DNA from: a virus | Lineage: Duplodnaviria; Caudoviricetes | Length of the DNA: 64,000 bases | IMG/VR virus record: IMGVR_UViG_3300025133_000020 | Reading direction: 5' to 3' (one strand) | Shown here: positions 42,373-51,604 of the stretch, one piece after another | How positions within the stretch are numbered: the stretch's first letter is position 1 | How the letters are laid out: every line of letters starts with the position of its first letter | Notes under the pieces: model-generated | Told to the model about the DNA's origin: nothing | What the model saw: the letters and a program-made list of their open reading frames with translations, nothing else | Database searches by the model: none | Made by a program: the position numbers and the translations under genes

Positions 42373-42698
42373 TCTGGTCGATACTCAAACCATTCCTGAA
42401 CTGTATGAAGGACCCACACGGCTCCAGAGGTGAATACACCATCCAAGAATACTGCAATAGGTAAGATACCTACACCAATATTGGTCATAGGTGTTTCCCA
42501 ACCGAAATATTGAAAAACGTAGGATAGAAAGAACCCTACCCAAGTGCCCAGACACATCGGACAACTTAACAGTTTACCGAAGAAGTTTGGGCTTATTCTT
42601 TGCCAGAATTCTCTGTGCGTTTGAATGATGCTGCTACCGAAGCACATAATGTTTACCCAGCCATAGGCTAAAAGGATGAAAGTTGCTAATAATACCAT
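42369..42698 (-). CDS. DUF1360-like membrane protein
   Basis: LLSCPMCLGTWVG motif; TM segments. Confidence 0.6.
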   Translation of the reverse strand: MVLLATFILLAYGWVNIMCFGSSIIQTHREFWQRISPNFFGKLLSCPMCLGTWVGFFLSYVFQYFGWETPMTNIGVGILPIAVFLDGVFTSGAVWVLHTVQEWFEYRPD

Positions 42699-42758
42699 GT
42701 TTTTGTCTTTTGATTGGTTAGAAATATATTTACAAATACTGAATAAGTAAATAGTAAT

Positions 42759-43178
42759 ATGGATTTAAGAGAAAACCTTAGAAGAATGTTAATTGAAGGT
42801 GTCACTGATAAAGCTGCTGGCGTATTAATCATGGCTGAAGACACTAAGAAAGTATTGTTGCTGAAACGTGGATGGGCACCTAATAAGGGTGACTGGTCAC
42901 TATTGAGTGGTGGTATGGAAGATGGTGAAGATAAGCTGGAATGCCTTAAAAGGGAGATAATGGAAGAGATACAGATTGATGCTGATGAGAAGCTTGATTT
43001 GACCTTCATTAGGTCGGAAGAATTCTCCAAACATGTCTTTCATTACTACGTAGGTCGCACTGAAAGCGAATTCACCCCTACATTGGATGATGAGAATGAG
43101 GACTACGGGTGGTTCGATAAAGATGATTTACCATCACCACTTTACCCCAAACTTAAAGAGAAAATAGATGAGGTATAA
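42759..43178 (+). CDS. NUDIX hydrolase with N-terminal leader
   Basis: GGMEDGEDKLECLKREIMEEI Nudix box; MDLRENLRRMLIE leader. Confidence 0.85.
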   Translation: MDLRENLRRMLIEGVTDKAAGVLIMAEDTKKVLLLKRGWAPNKGDWSLLSGGMEDGEDKLECLKREIMEEIQIDADEKLDLTFIRSEEFSKHVFHYYVGRTESEFTPTLDDENEDYGWFDKDDLPSPLYPKLKEKIDEV

Positions 43179-43846
43179 TGGGTAGAAAGAAGAAATATCA
43201 TACTGAAGAAGAACGGTTAGCCGCTAAAAGAAAGTCCAACAGAGCATCAAATAAACGAAGGAGAGAGAAACTGGGTAATACTAAGGAAACGGTTGAGTAT
43301 CAGAAGGAATATAGAAAGAAGAATAAGATACGTTTAACAGAGAAGAGGAAGGAGTATTACGAAAATAATCGGGAATCTTTTCTAGAATATCAGAAGAAAT
43401 ATAGAGAAACTAACGCAAACGCTATAAGAGAACGTAAAAATTCGTATCAGAGGGATAAAAGAGCTAATGACCCATTATTTAAACTTAGGGGTAATATCTC
43501 ATCATTGATTAGGTATGGGTTGGATAGGGGTGGCTACATCAAACACTCTAAAACTCAAGATATACTTGGGTGTTCTTTTGAAGAGTTCAAAGAACACATA
43601 GAATCTCAATGGGAGCCTTGGATGAATTGGGGTAATTACGGTAACCCTAAAGATGGTATATTTGAAGCCAATAAAACATGGGACATTGACCACATTATAC
43701 CTATTAGTAACGCTATCAATGAAGGGGAGGTAATTTTACTAAACCACCACTCCAACCTACAACCATTATGTAGTTATGATAATAGGTTTATTAAAAATTC
43801 TGACTTTAATCTTGACAAAGACAGAATTTATCCCTACATTGGATGA
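43178..43846 (+). CDS. HNH homing endonuclease
   Basis: WDIDHIIP...LNHHSNLQPL..DN; basic N-terminal repeats. Confidence 0.8.
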   Translation: MGRKKKYHTEEERLAAKRKSNRASNKRRREKLGNTKETVEYQKEYRKKNKIRLTEKRKEYYENNRESFLEYQKKYRETNANAIRERKNSYQRDKRANDPLFKLRGNISSLIRYGLDRGGYIKHSKTQDILGCSFEEFKEHIESQWEPWMNWGNYGNPKDGIFEANKTWDIDHIIPISNAINEGEVILLNHHSNLQPLCSYDNRFIKNSDFNLDKDRIYPYIG

Positions 43847-43955
43847 TGAGAATGAGGAATACGGATGGTTTGCCGAAGATGACCTACCATCACCATTATA
43901 CCCTCATACCAAAGAAAAAGTAGAAGCGCTATGCAAGAAGAGCAAGAAGGAATAG
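43826..43955 (+). pseudogene. displaced 3' end of the NUDIX gene
   Basis: reads FIPTLDDENEEYGWFAEDDLPSPLYPHTKEKVEAL...TAG; 27-nt exact repeat 43076-43102 / 43832-43858. Confidence 0.8.
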
Positions 43956-44263
43956 ACGAGAGTCAGTACAGAACAATAGAAGAAATCCTACAAGCAAGTA
44001 AGGATAGTGTAAGTAAACTCAAAGAAGAGATAGAGTTTATGGAAAACAACGAACGCACCGAAACCTTAGAGAGCGTACAGAACAGTATCAAGGCTGATAA
44101 TATGAATACTGTTAGAAAGAAAGAAAAATTCATCAACGATATCACATCTGGTTTGATTAAGGACATTAAACGTAATAAGGGTGTTAAGAGGGTCGAACCT
44201 AAAAAGGAGCCTAAGAAAGACGTTATCAAGAATGCTATAATCAGCATATTCAAAAAGTTTTAA
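43931..44263 (+). CDS. hypothetical coiled-coil protein
   Basis: 110 aa. Confidence 0.55.
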   Translation: MQEEQEGIDESQYRTIEEILQASKDSVSKLKEEIEFMENNERTETLESVQNSIKADNMNTVRKKEKFINDITSGLIKDIKRNKGVKRVEPKKEPKKDVIKNAIISIFKKF

Positions 44264-44265
44264 TC

Positions 44266-44508
44266 ATGATTAGAGAATATACATTAACCTACGATGATAT
44301 CATCAGAACCATTTCAGAAATGGTGAATAACGACAAGATAACCAAAGAAGGGTTGGTTCTTCAGTATCAGATATCCGAACACAATCATACGAAATTAGAT
44401 GAGACCTTGTATTATAGAGCTAACCCAGAAGGTAGAGACTTCGAACATAGGGATGTTATTGAGGTTTCTTTAGGTGGAATCGACATTATTATAACGAAAC
44501 TTCCTTAA
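44266..44508 (+). CDS. hypothetical protein
   Basis: 80 aa. Confidence 0.6.
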   Translation: MIREYTLTYDDIIRTISEMVNNDKITKEGLVLQYQISEHNHTKLDETLYYRANPEGRDFEHRDVIEVSLGGIDIIITKLP

Positions 44509-44563
44509 AGTGGTTTACTATGTCAATTTAATTCGGTAGCTTTGAACATATAAACGAATCAAC

Positions 44564-44815
44564 ATGAACAAAAAGAGAATAGTAGTAAAGAATAGCGACA
44601 AGCTAACAAGCATGGTTCACGACAGAAAAGTTGTTGATGAATATCTGGTTTATCTGTTAGACGATGAGACCTTTATGAGTGCAGACGTAGTATATGGTAC
44701 GGAAGAAAAAGATATTCTAATAAAACAATTAATAAAGGATAACTGTGAGGGTATGAAAGTATCCGATGTGGTCATAGAAGTACCATTCGCAGAGTTTTTA
44801 AAACAATTTGATTAA
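44564..44815 (+). CDS. hypothetical protein
   Basis: 83 aa. Confidence 0.55.
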   Translation: MNKKRIVVKNSDKLTSMVHDRKVVDEYLVYLLDDETFMSADVVYGTEEKDILIKQLIKDNCEGMKVSDVVIEVPFAEFLKQFD

Positions 44816-45110
44816 AATGGAAGGAGTAAGTAAAGAGAACCCACTAATTCTACTAGCCTATATGGATAGAGAGTTATGTAAGAACAAGGAAGTAATGGCT
44901 ATCCTTAATGCGAATATGAATGATGTGATAGCAGCTAAAGGGGCTAACATAATGTATTTTATCCTACCAACTGATGGTGATGAGAGAATGGAGTGTATTA
45001 ATCCAGTACAATTAGAGAAGCCTGATATGGACAGGATTAACAAACTGGTTCATGACCTTGAGGTTCAATTCGATATGGGGCAAGGTGCTGACGATGGAAA
45101 ACACGATTAA
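44808..45110 (+). CDS. hypothetical protein
   Basis: 100 aa; ERMECINP motif. Confidence 0.55.
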   Translation: MIKMEGVSKENPLILLAYMDRELCKNKEVMAILNANMNDVIAAKGANIMYFILPTDGDERMECINPVQLEKPDMDRINKLVHDLEVQFDMGQGADDGKHD

Positions 45111-45405
45111 TTTCGAAGACCCCAGAGTTGATTCTGGCAAGTATTATTATCTGGATGATGATAAACTTAAACATATCACCAAACTGAAAGATATGGTAGG
45201 TGGTGTCATCTATTTTTTCATAGGTAGTACCCCATCAACACCTTCAGACGTACAATTCATGTTTGTGAAATGTACCGAACATTATAGTGACTTTGATGTG
45301 ATATTAGGTTCCACCGATTGGAAGTATTTCCCACTATTTTTGAAGAAGAACGTAAAGGAGAAACTAAAAGAATTGAATGATGAGCAAAAAAATATTACTG
45401 TGTGA
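45094..45405 (+). CDS. hypothetical protein
   Basis: start at MENTINF. Confidence 0.5.
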   Translation: MENTINFEDPRVDSGKYYYLDDDKLKHITKLKDMVGGVIYFFIGSTPSTPSDVQFMFVKCTEHYSDFDVILGSTDWKYFPLFLKKNVKEKLKELNDEQKNITV

Positions 45406-45787
45406 TATTGACGGTACCATTTGTGAAGATATTCCAAATGAGGAAATGGAACGTATGAAAACGGCTAAAGTCTTCCCAGATGCTAGGGAGCGATTGAATC
45501 GATGGTATGATGAAGGGGATGAAATCCATTTCTGGACATCCAGAACCGATGACATGCGAGAAATCACCGAGATTTGGCTCAAAGATAACGGTTTCAAATA
45601 CCACACGATAATCATGAATAAACCCAGAATTAAAGACGATGAGGTTTATATGTGGATTGATAATAAACCAGTAAAAGGTGTTACACATAAAGGTAGGTGG
45701 ACAGCACTGGTAAAGAAAACCGTGGAAATCGAAGAATTCGCAACACAGAAAGACTTTGATGACTACCAACAAGAAGCTGAGGACTAA
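45377..45787 (+). CDS. HAD-family phosphatase
   Basis: CDIDGTI motif I, WTSR motif II, MNKP, WIDNK. Confidence 0.75.
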   Translation: MMSKKILLCDIDGTICEDIPNEEMERMKTAKVFPDARERLNRWYDEGDEIHFWTSRTDDMREITEIWLKDNGFKYHTIIMNKPRIKDDEVYMWIDNKPVKGVTHKGRWTALVKKTVEIEEFATQKDFDDYQQEAED

Positions 45788-46068
45788 TGACGGGAAGCGG
45801 CTCAACATTGATAGTATTCGGTAAACCCAATAAGAATATGAGGGTATACAATGAATGGGAACCTGCGGTTGCCAAAGAGGGTGATTATATTTTAAGTCAC
45901 GACCCAATATCTCAAGATGAGTGGACTAAGATACTTGTCACTAAAGTTAATGAGATATCAGGTGAGATGGTAGCTGAGTGGCATAAGAGTGTGGGTATAC
46001 CTAAAGTTTACCCAGAAGACTGGGACTTTTACCACCCAAAGAAAGAAAAAGATGACAGGAAAGACTAA
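45787..46068 (+). CDS. hypothetical protein
   Basis: 93 aa, coupled. Confidence 0.55.
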   Translation: MTGSGSTLIVFGKPNKNMRVYNEWEPAVAKEGDYILSHDPISQDEWTKILVTKVNEISGEMVAEWHKSVGIPKVYPEDWDFYHPKKEKDDRKD

Positions 46069-46282
46069 ACAACCAGAAGTGAATATCTTCGAAGTATTCG
46101 AAGGTGACGGTAAGGAAGAGACTCCACAACCAAAAACTGAGAGCAGCCCAATAAAGGGTAAACCAATCAGTCAGGCTCCAGTTAGGGGTGACGAGATGAA
46201 TGAAAACATCCAAAAACTACAACATCAGATAACCGACCAGAACAAACGATGGTTTGGGTTCGGAATACCTAAGAAGCGTTAA
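46052..46282 (+). CDS. hypothetical protein
   Basis: start at MTGKTKQ. Confidence 0.5.
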   Translation: MTGKTKQPEVNIFEVFEGDGKEETPQPKTESSPIKGKPISQAPVRGDEMNENIQKLQHQITDQNKRWFGFGIPKKR

Positions 46283-47194
46283 GGTCTGGTAGAACTTCAC
46301 CTAACTTTAACATATTTATAAGTGTGAGACTCTACCCAATATTTGAAACCCTTATTACATCAAACGATGAGTATAATATAGACTCATATATGAATGGGAC
46401 TATAACAGAAGTCGAATTTTTTCATGGTTTAGAGCAACTTCACGAAGGTGTGGGAGATAAACTAGTCAATTTTGTGGGTAAAATGCTCACCAAGCTTAAA
46501 AGTTACTTTAATGATATTGCTAAATACGGTAAGAAACTATTAAAAGCGTTAGGGTGGTTAGTCGATAAGACTAAAGGCATCTACGATAAATACCCAAATG
46601 TAGTTAAAGCCTTAGTTATCCTTACGGTTATGGTAGCACTGATATTAGTGTCAACCGCAGCAGTTGCTGCTGGTGGCGAACCTATTAGTATCGACCCAAC
46701 ATATTTGAACGTAGTCATAGGTTATGCAAACGAAACTGAAATAGCCCCTAAATCATTAGCAATGCTAATTGACGCAAAAGATGGAACTATAGATGATGCT
46801 CAATGGAACGCTAATGAGGTTAAAAATGTCTTCAGCCAATTGAAGAATGAATTGACCGAAGCCCTCAATGGTATCAGAGCCAAGCAAGTTATCGATGATG
46901 CTGATAGTGCCACCGCATTTGATGCTATGAGCGATAGGATTAACACTATGCAGGGTCAATCTAACAGCGACATTGAAAGATTAAGGGGTAAGCTTGATGC
47001 TATGCCCTTCAAACCTAATCCAGATAAGGCTCTTATGCTTATTGACATGTTACATGAAATGGGGGAGAAGCTGGTAGGGTACTCATATAAGATTACCACA
47101 AAGGACGCTGATGGGTATGACCAAATTAGACAAGTATATAATTTTTACGGTAAACAGTAACGTGGGATACCTAAGAAACGTTAAGGTCTGGTAG
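46262..47194. mobile_element. one-gene cassette flanked by 31-bp direct repeats
   Basis: GG(A/G)ATACCTAAGAA(G/A)CGTTAAGGTCTGGTAG at 46262-46292 and 47164-47194. Confidence 0.7.
46324..47160 (+). CDS. hypothetical membrane-anchored protein
   Basis: GTG start after ATATTTATA (46312-46320); central TM. Confidence 0.65.
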   Translation: MRLYPIFETLITSNDEYNIDSYMNGTITEVEFFHGLEQLHEGVGDKLVNFVGKMLTKLKSYFNDIAKYGKKLLKALGWLVDKTKGIYDKYPNVVKALVILTVMVALILVSTAAVAAGGEPISIDPTYLNVVIGYANETEIAPKSLAMLIDAKDGTIDDAQWNANEVKNVFSQLKNELTEALNGIRAKQVIDDADSATAFDAMSDRINTMQGQSNSDIERLRGKLDAMPFKPNPDKALMLIDMLHEMGEKLVGYSYKITTKDADGYDQIRQVYNFYGKQ

Positions 47195-47894
47195 TTGTTC
47201 GTCTTATCTTCTGATAAGTCCAATCCGTATTATCAAATATGATTTCATATAGCATGGGTATATTCGCATCTGAACAAGTACCCATGAATACTAACCCTTT
47301 CAATTTGAATTTCTCCGCACTATCATTAAGTAAGTGGTGAAGTCGTTGACAATCCCTCTTATTCTTACAGATTACCATATCAAACCGTTCTTCATTATGG
47401 ATTACAAGCTTATTATGTACGACAATGACCTGTCTACTACGTTTAGCATCTTTAGCGTCATCCATAACTACCCTAACCACATCCTTAATGGTCTTTCTAT
47501 CCTTCTTTGATGGGTGACCATATATCCAGAACTCTTCTTCAATCTCGTAGTCGGCACTAGTGACAACCGTCCATAGGTCAAATATCGGTTTTTCTATCAC
47601 TAACCTACCAACCTCATCTCTAATGGTCCTATGCCAATCATCAGGCTCAATATCCTTTACCAAATATAACTCATACTTAATCGGTTTGATGGTACCATCG
47701 TTTACATATCTCTTAGGAAATATAACCTCTGCGTTCTCAGCTTTGAATTGATTAAAACGCCTATAGGCGGTAGCTTCCGTCCTACATCTGTGTAGTGTAT
47801 AACGATACTCCCCATTACCAGTTAATATTGTCCTATATTTAGACTTCCTATTCATTATATTTGGATATGTCATTAAAATACCGTATATTTGCAT
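47181..47894 (-). CDS. hypothetical protein
   Basis: 237 aa ORF; true start may be the internal MNRK. Confidence 0.65.
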   Translation of the reverse strand: MQIYGILMTYPNIMNRKSKYRTILTGNGEYRYTLHRCRTEATAYRRFNQFKAENAEVIFPKRYVNDGTIKPIKYELYLVKDIEPDDWHRTIRDEVGRLVIEKPIFDLWTVVTSADYEIEEEFWIYGHPSKKDRKTIKDVVRVVMDDAKDAKRSRQVIVVHNKLVIHNEERFDMVICKNKRDCQRLHHLLNDSAEKFKLKGLVFMGTCSDANIPMLYEIIFDNTDWTYQKIRRTTTRP

Positions 47895-47908
47895 AAAATC
47901 AAGACTAA

Positions 47909-48955
47909 ATGAGCGAAAGCTATTACGACATACTTGGTGTGGCTAAGAATGCTGACCAGAAAACCATTAAGAAAGCCTATAGGGATTTAGCCAAGATACA
48001 TCACCCAGATAAAGAGGGTGGTGATGAGGATAAGTTCAAGAAAATCTCAGCAGCGTATGATACTCTAAGTGATGAGGATAAGCGTAGGGCATATGATAAT
48101 CCAGCATCAAGAGGTAGAGGTGGTATGGGTGGATTTTCCATGGATGATGTACATGACTTCATGAGGGGTTTCCGACAAGCGGATAGAAGAGCATCACCAA
48201 GAATAGACCCTAACATTAGGTTACACTTGAATATAACCTTGGAAGAGGTCTTTGAGGGTAAAGAGGTGGAGATAAACTATGCTAGATTGCTGGTATGTGA
48301 TACCTGTAAGGGTGAAGGTGGGGATACTCCGATACCTTGTACTGCATGTAATGGTAGTGGTCATAATGATAGACCAATGGGTGGTGGTCATGTAATGAGA
48401 ACACTATGTAACGCATGTAGTGGTACTGGTGAGACGCTCAAGAATACATGCCCTGATTGTACCGAAGGTTATAAAGAGACCAAACTGGATGCCAAAGTAA
48501 CCATACCACCAAGTAGTATAGATGGTGAGCAAGTTGGTTATGAGGGGTTGGGTAACGAGGTTCGTAAAGGTGCTTTTGGTGCTTTGATTATAGTGATTAA
48601 ACACACCCGACATAAGACCTTCATTATGGATAACAACTACAGGTTCAACTTAATACAAACTCTTGAGTTGACGTACCCTGAAATGATGTTGGGTTGTGAA
48701 AAGGTGGTATCAGAGATTAGTGGTAAGAAATTAAAGATGAAGGTACCACCATTAACTCGTGATGGTGACGAACTAAGAATGAAGGGTAAAGGGTTGAAGC
48801 TGAAGTACGTCAACAATAGAACTGGTGAGAAGACTGTATCCGAAGATAGAGGGGATATGTTCATCATACCTACCCTTATTATACCTGAGAGTATTACGGA
48901 CGAAGAGAAGGCTCTATTGGAGCAATTGAGAGATTTAAAAGAAAAAGTTTCGTAA
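47909..48955 (+). CDS. dnaJ: DnaJ chaperone
   Basis: J domain with HPD; four CxxC zinc motifs, three of them full CxxCxGxG; C-terminal domain. Confidence 0.92.
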   Translation: MSESYYDILGVAKNADQKTIKKAYRDLAKIHHPDKEGGDEDKFKKISAAYDTLSDEDKRRAYDNPASRGRGGMGGFSMDDVHDFMRGFRQADRRASPRIDPNIRLHLNITLEEVFEGKEVEINYARLLVCDTCKGEGGDTPIPCTACNGSGHNDRPMGGGHVMRTLCNACSGTGETLKNTCPDCTEGYKETKLDAKVTIPPSSIDGEQVGYEGLGNEVRKGAFGALIIVIKHTRHKTFIMDNNYRFNLIQTLELTYPEMMLGCEKVVSEISGKKLKMKVPPLTRDGDELRMKGKGLKLKYVNNRTGEKTVSEDRGDMFIIPTLIIPESITDEEKALLEQLRDLKEKVS

Positions 48956-49023
48956 AGGGGTTGAATTGTTGGGATTAATTGTGTATATTCGTATCATAAC
49001 AACACAATTAACACCAACAAACA

Positions 49024-49455
49024 ATGAGTAAATATTCAGACCTTTATGAGGACATCGAAGATATGTTCCTTAATGCTATTTCAGCAGCCGATTTAGAACA
49101 TTGCGTGAGAATCCGCACGTTAAATTGCGCCAACCAAAAAGACATTACTAAAGTAACCAAAGCTACCGCAATAGTTCAACACTTAACGGGAGCCGAAGTT
49201 ATCATTACAGTAAACCAATTGGTTTTCGAACAATTGGACGACCTGTACAAACAAATCGTTATTGATGAGGCGTTAGCTCGTATCTATTTCGATGCGGAAA
49301 AGGGTAAGGTGGTACTTAAGAAGCCAGACTTTGAGACATTCTCATTGGTGTTGGCGAAGTACACAACCCCTGTTATGCTTGCAGAGCGTGATACTGTAAG
49401 AGCAATCTACACTCAAAAGGATGAAGAGCCAGCCGAATTAACCACAGGAAACTAA
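49024..49455 (+). CDS. putative phage metallopeptidase-fold protein lacking HExxH
   Basis: IVIDEALARI...KKPDFETF resembles LIDHELxH...HDxEEF family. Confidence 0.45.
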   Translation: MSKYSDLYEDIEDMFLNAISAADLEHCVRIRTLNCANQKDITKVTKATAIVQHLTGAEVIITVNQLVFEQLDDLYKQIVIDEALARIYFDAEKGKVVLKKPDFETFSLVLAKYTTPVMLAERDTVRAIYTQKDEEPAELTTGN

Positions 49456-50150
49456 TGGATATGTTAAGCGATTTCAGGAGCTACGCCATGAATCATATGG
49501 GTATTAGTAGTATGCAACTCCATTACTGGGATAAAACTCAGGATGGGTTGTATGACCCAAGGGCATCCATGACACCTTATATCATCGAAGAGTTCGATAG
49601 AAGAGGTGTACAGATGGATATCTTCTCTCGTATGATGATGGATAGAATCCTATGGACGGTGGGAGTGGTAAACGACAACATGTCAACGGTGGTTAACGCC
49701 CAGTTGATGTGGTTGAACCAACAGGATAAAACGGAAGATGTGCTAATGTATGTCGACTCTCCAGGTGGTTCAGTTAAGTCAGGCTTATCAATGGTGGATA
49801 CGATTAACTACATCGATTGTGATGTATCAACCGTAAACATCGGTATGGCAGCAAGTATGGGAAGTATCCTATTAGGTTGCGGTGCCAAAGGTAAACGAGC
49901 AGCTTTACCACACTCAAAGGTGATGCTACACCAAGTTAGTTCTGGTGCGCAGGGTAATGTTCAGGATATGAAAATCAGTTTGGAAGAAGCTATCAAATAC
50001 AATGATGAGTTATTCGAATTATTGGGTGAGTACACTGAGAAGAAACCTGAGCAAGTGAAGAAGGATGCAACCAGAGATTTCTGGTTGAGCGCTGATGAAG
50101 CATTGAAGTATGGTCTAATCGATGAGGTTGTGACCAAAAAGAAAAAGTAA
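49455..50150 (+). CDS. clpP: ATP-dependent Clp protease proteolytic subunit
   Basis: DIFSRMMMDRI, YVDSPGGSV, GMAASMGS, VMLHQ, RDFWLSADEALKYGLID. Confidence 0.95.
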   Translation: MDMLSDFRSYAMNHMGISSMQLHYWDKTQDGLYDPRASMTPYIIEEFDRRGVQMDIFSRMMMDRILWTVGVVNDNMSTVVNAQLMWLNQQDKTEDVLMYVDSPGGSVKSGLSMVDTINYIDCDVSTVNIGMAASMGSILLGCGAKGKRAALPHSKVMLHQVSSGAQGNVQDMKISLEEAIKYNDELFELLGEYTEKKPEQVKKDATRDFWLSADEALKYGLIDEVVTKKKK

Positions 50151-50156
50151 GTAAAA

Positions 50157-50178
50157 GGGGAGTTTTTCGGAACTCCCC
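50157..50178 (+). terminator. GC hairpin between clpP and ssrA (terminator or processing site)
   Basis: GGGGAGTT-TTTCGG-AACTCCCC; no 3' U tract on + strand. Confidence 0.4.
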
Positions 50179-50200
50179 ATATTTAATATAGCACAAACAC

Positions 50201-50559
50201 GGGGGTGACTGGTTTTGACTGTCACTGATTGGGTATGTAAGCAAGCACTGGGATTTAGATTATACCAGTATAAAATGTGTCTGAAAAAACGAAGAGACGA
50301 GAATATCGTAACTACAGGAGAATACCTTCTAAGAGAAGTCTTTGAAGGGGAGCTAGCGCTAGCTGCATAATAAGCGCCTAATTGAGTAAAGCTTGATAAA
50401 ACCTCAGTGTCCATTCATTGATGAGGTTAACTACAAAGAATGGTGGGTTTGCAAATTCCGACAAAGATTTGCTAGTTTGTTTATTTAGAAAAATATTCTA
50501 AGCTTGTAGAAAGTATATGTAACTTTAATAGGACGAGGGTTCGACTCCCTCCACCTCCA
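50201..50559 (+). ncRNA. ssrA: tmRNA
   Basis: 5' GGGGGTGACTGGTTTTGAC; 3' GAGGG-TTCGACT-CCCTC-CACCTCC-A; tag frame ending ...GEYLLREVFEGELALAA TAA TAA (stop 50368-50370). Confidence 0.93.
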
Positions 50560-50679
50560 CAAAAACATTAATAGTGCTGAAAAGCTTCCACGTAGTGGAA
50601 CTTTAGACCCTCTGATAATGCACCTTCAGGGGGCTTTCTTTTTATATTAACACCATATTTACTATTAAAGGAGATAGTT

Positions 50680-51150
50680 ATGGCGTGGTTAAAAGAAGTT
50701 TCAAGTTCAAGTAATAAGGTGTCAAGTAAAAGGGTGGTAACACTGATTTCATTTATATTAATGGCAACAGCATTCATTGCTGACCTATTCTGGGACTTAA
50801 AAGTGTCAGAGAACGTATACGATTCAATGTCCTATATTGTAATTGCTGGGTTAGGATTTACTGCTGCCGAATGGATGGGAAGTAAAAAAGAAGAGCCAGA
50901 ACCTCAACGGTACGGTTACGGTTACGGTCAACCACATTATAATCAACCAATTCAATCAGAAGGTGGTTTCGATAAGGGGTATAGTAAGGGGTACAGTGCG
51001 GCTGTTGACGATTGTGCCAACGATTCATTGAAGCGAGTTCAAGATTTACCTAATAGTGATGCCTACGAAAGAGGTTATCGAGAAGGGTACCAGACAGCTA
51101 AAGAAGACTGTCTTAGCGGTAATAACGAGTCCGAAGACGATATGCATTAA
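50680..51150 (+). CDS. two-TM membrane protein (holin-like candidate)
   Basis: SSKRVVTLISF...IVIAGLGFTAAE; C-terminal GY repeats. Confidence 0.55.
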   Translation: MAWLKEVSSSSNKVSSKRVVTLISFILMATAFIADLFWDLKVSENVYDSMSYIVIAGLGFTAAEWMGSKKEEPEPQRYGYGYGQPHYNQPIQSEGGFDKGYSKGYSAAVDDCANDSLKRVQDLPNSDAYERGYREGYQTAKEDCLSGNNESEDDMH

Positions 51151-51204
51151 TTACGACCTTGGTCGTGGTTTTGGTTTTGGTTTGTTACATCCACATCCTT
51201 TCAT
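51151..51204 (-). CDS. 17-aa micropeptide MKGCGCNKPKPKPRPRS
   Basis: own minus-strand ACTTT-N15-ATATTTATA promoter (51264-51236) and A-rich leader. Confidence 0.65.
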   Translation of the reverse strand: MKGCGCNKPKPKPRPRS

Positions 51205-51309
51205 AATATTGTTCTTTTAGTTTGTGTTATTTGTATATAAATATGGAGCAATTGAGTATAAAGTAAAGCTATCCTTGATTTTTAACCACAATCATATTAT
51301 AATAATACC

Positions 51310-51540
51310 ATGTTCGGAGTTAAAGTAGACCTCATATTAAAAGACTGGCAGTATGTCGATACTATTACCTGTAAAGGTGTGCCACGTACTGGTGAATACA
51401 TCTATGTATCTGATTTCCAGAAGTATGTGGTGGTCAGAGCCGTTATACATGAGAGTGGATTCTGGAGAGGGAAAGCAACAGCCGTTGTGGAAGACGTTAC
51501 GGTTAATTTACCCACGGAAGAACAAAAAAGTGAAGAATAA
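51310..51540 (+). CDS. hypothetical protein
   Basis: 76 aa; VPRTGEYI motif. Confidence 0.6.
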   Translation: MFGVKVDLILKDWQYVDTITCKGVPRTGEYIYVSDFQKYVVVRAVIHESGFWRGKATAVVEDVTVNLPTEEQKSEE

Positions 51541-51604
51541 TTTGCATATGTCAAATAAAACCTGTACATTTGTATCTGTTAAACTATATTTATTAAAAAC
51601 AATC

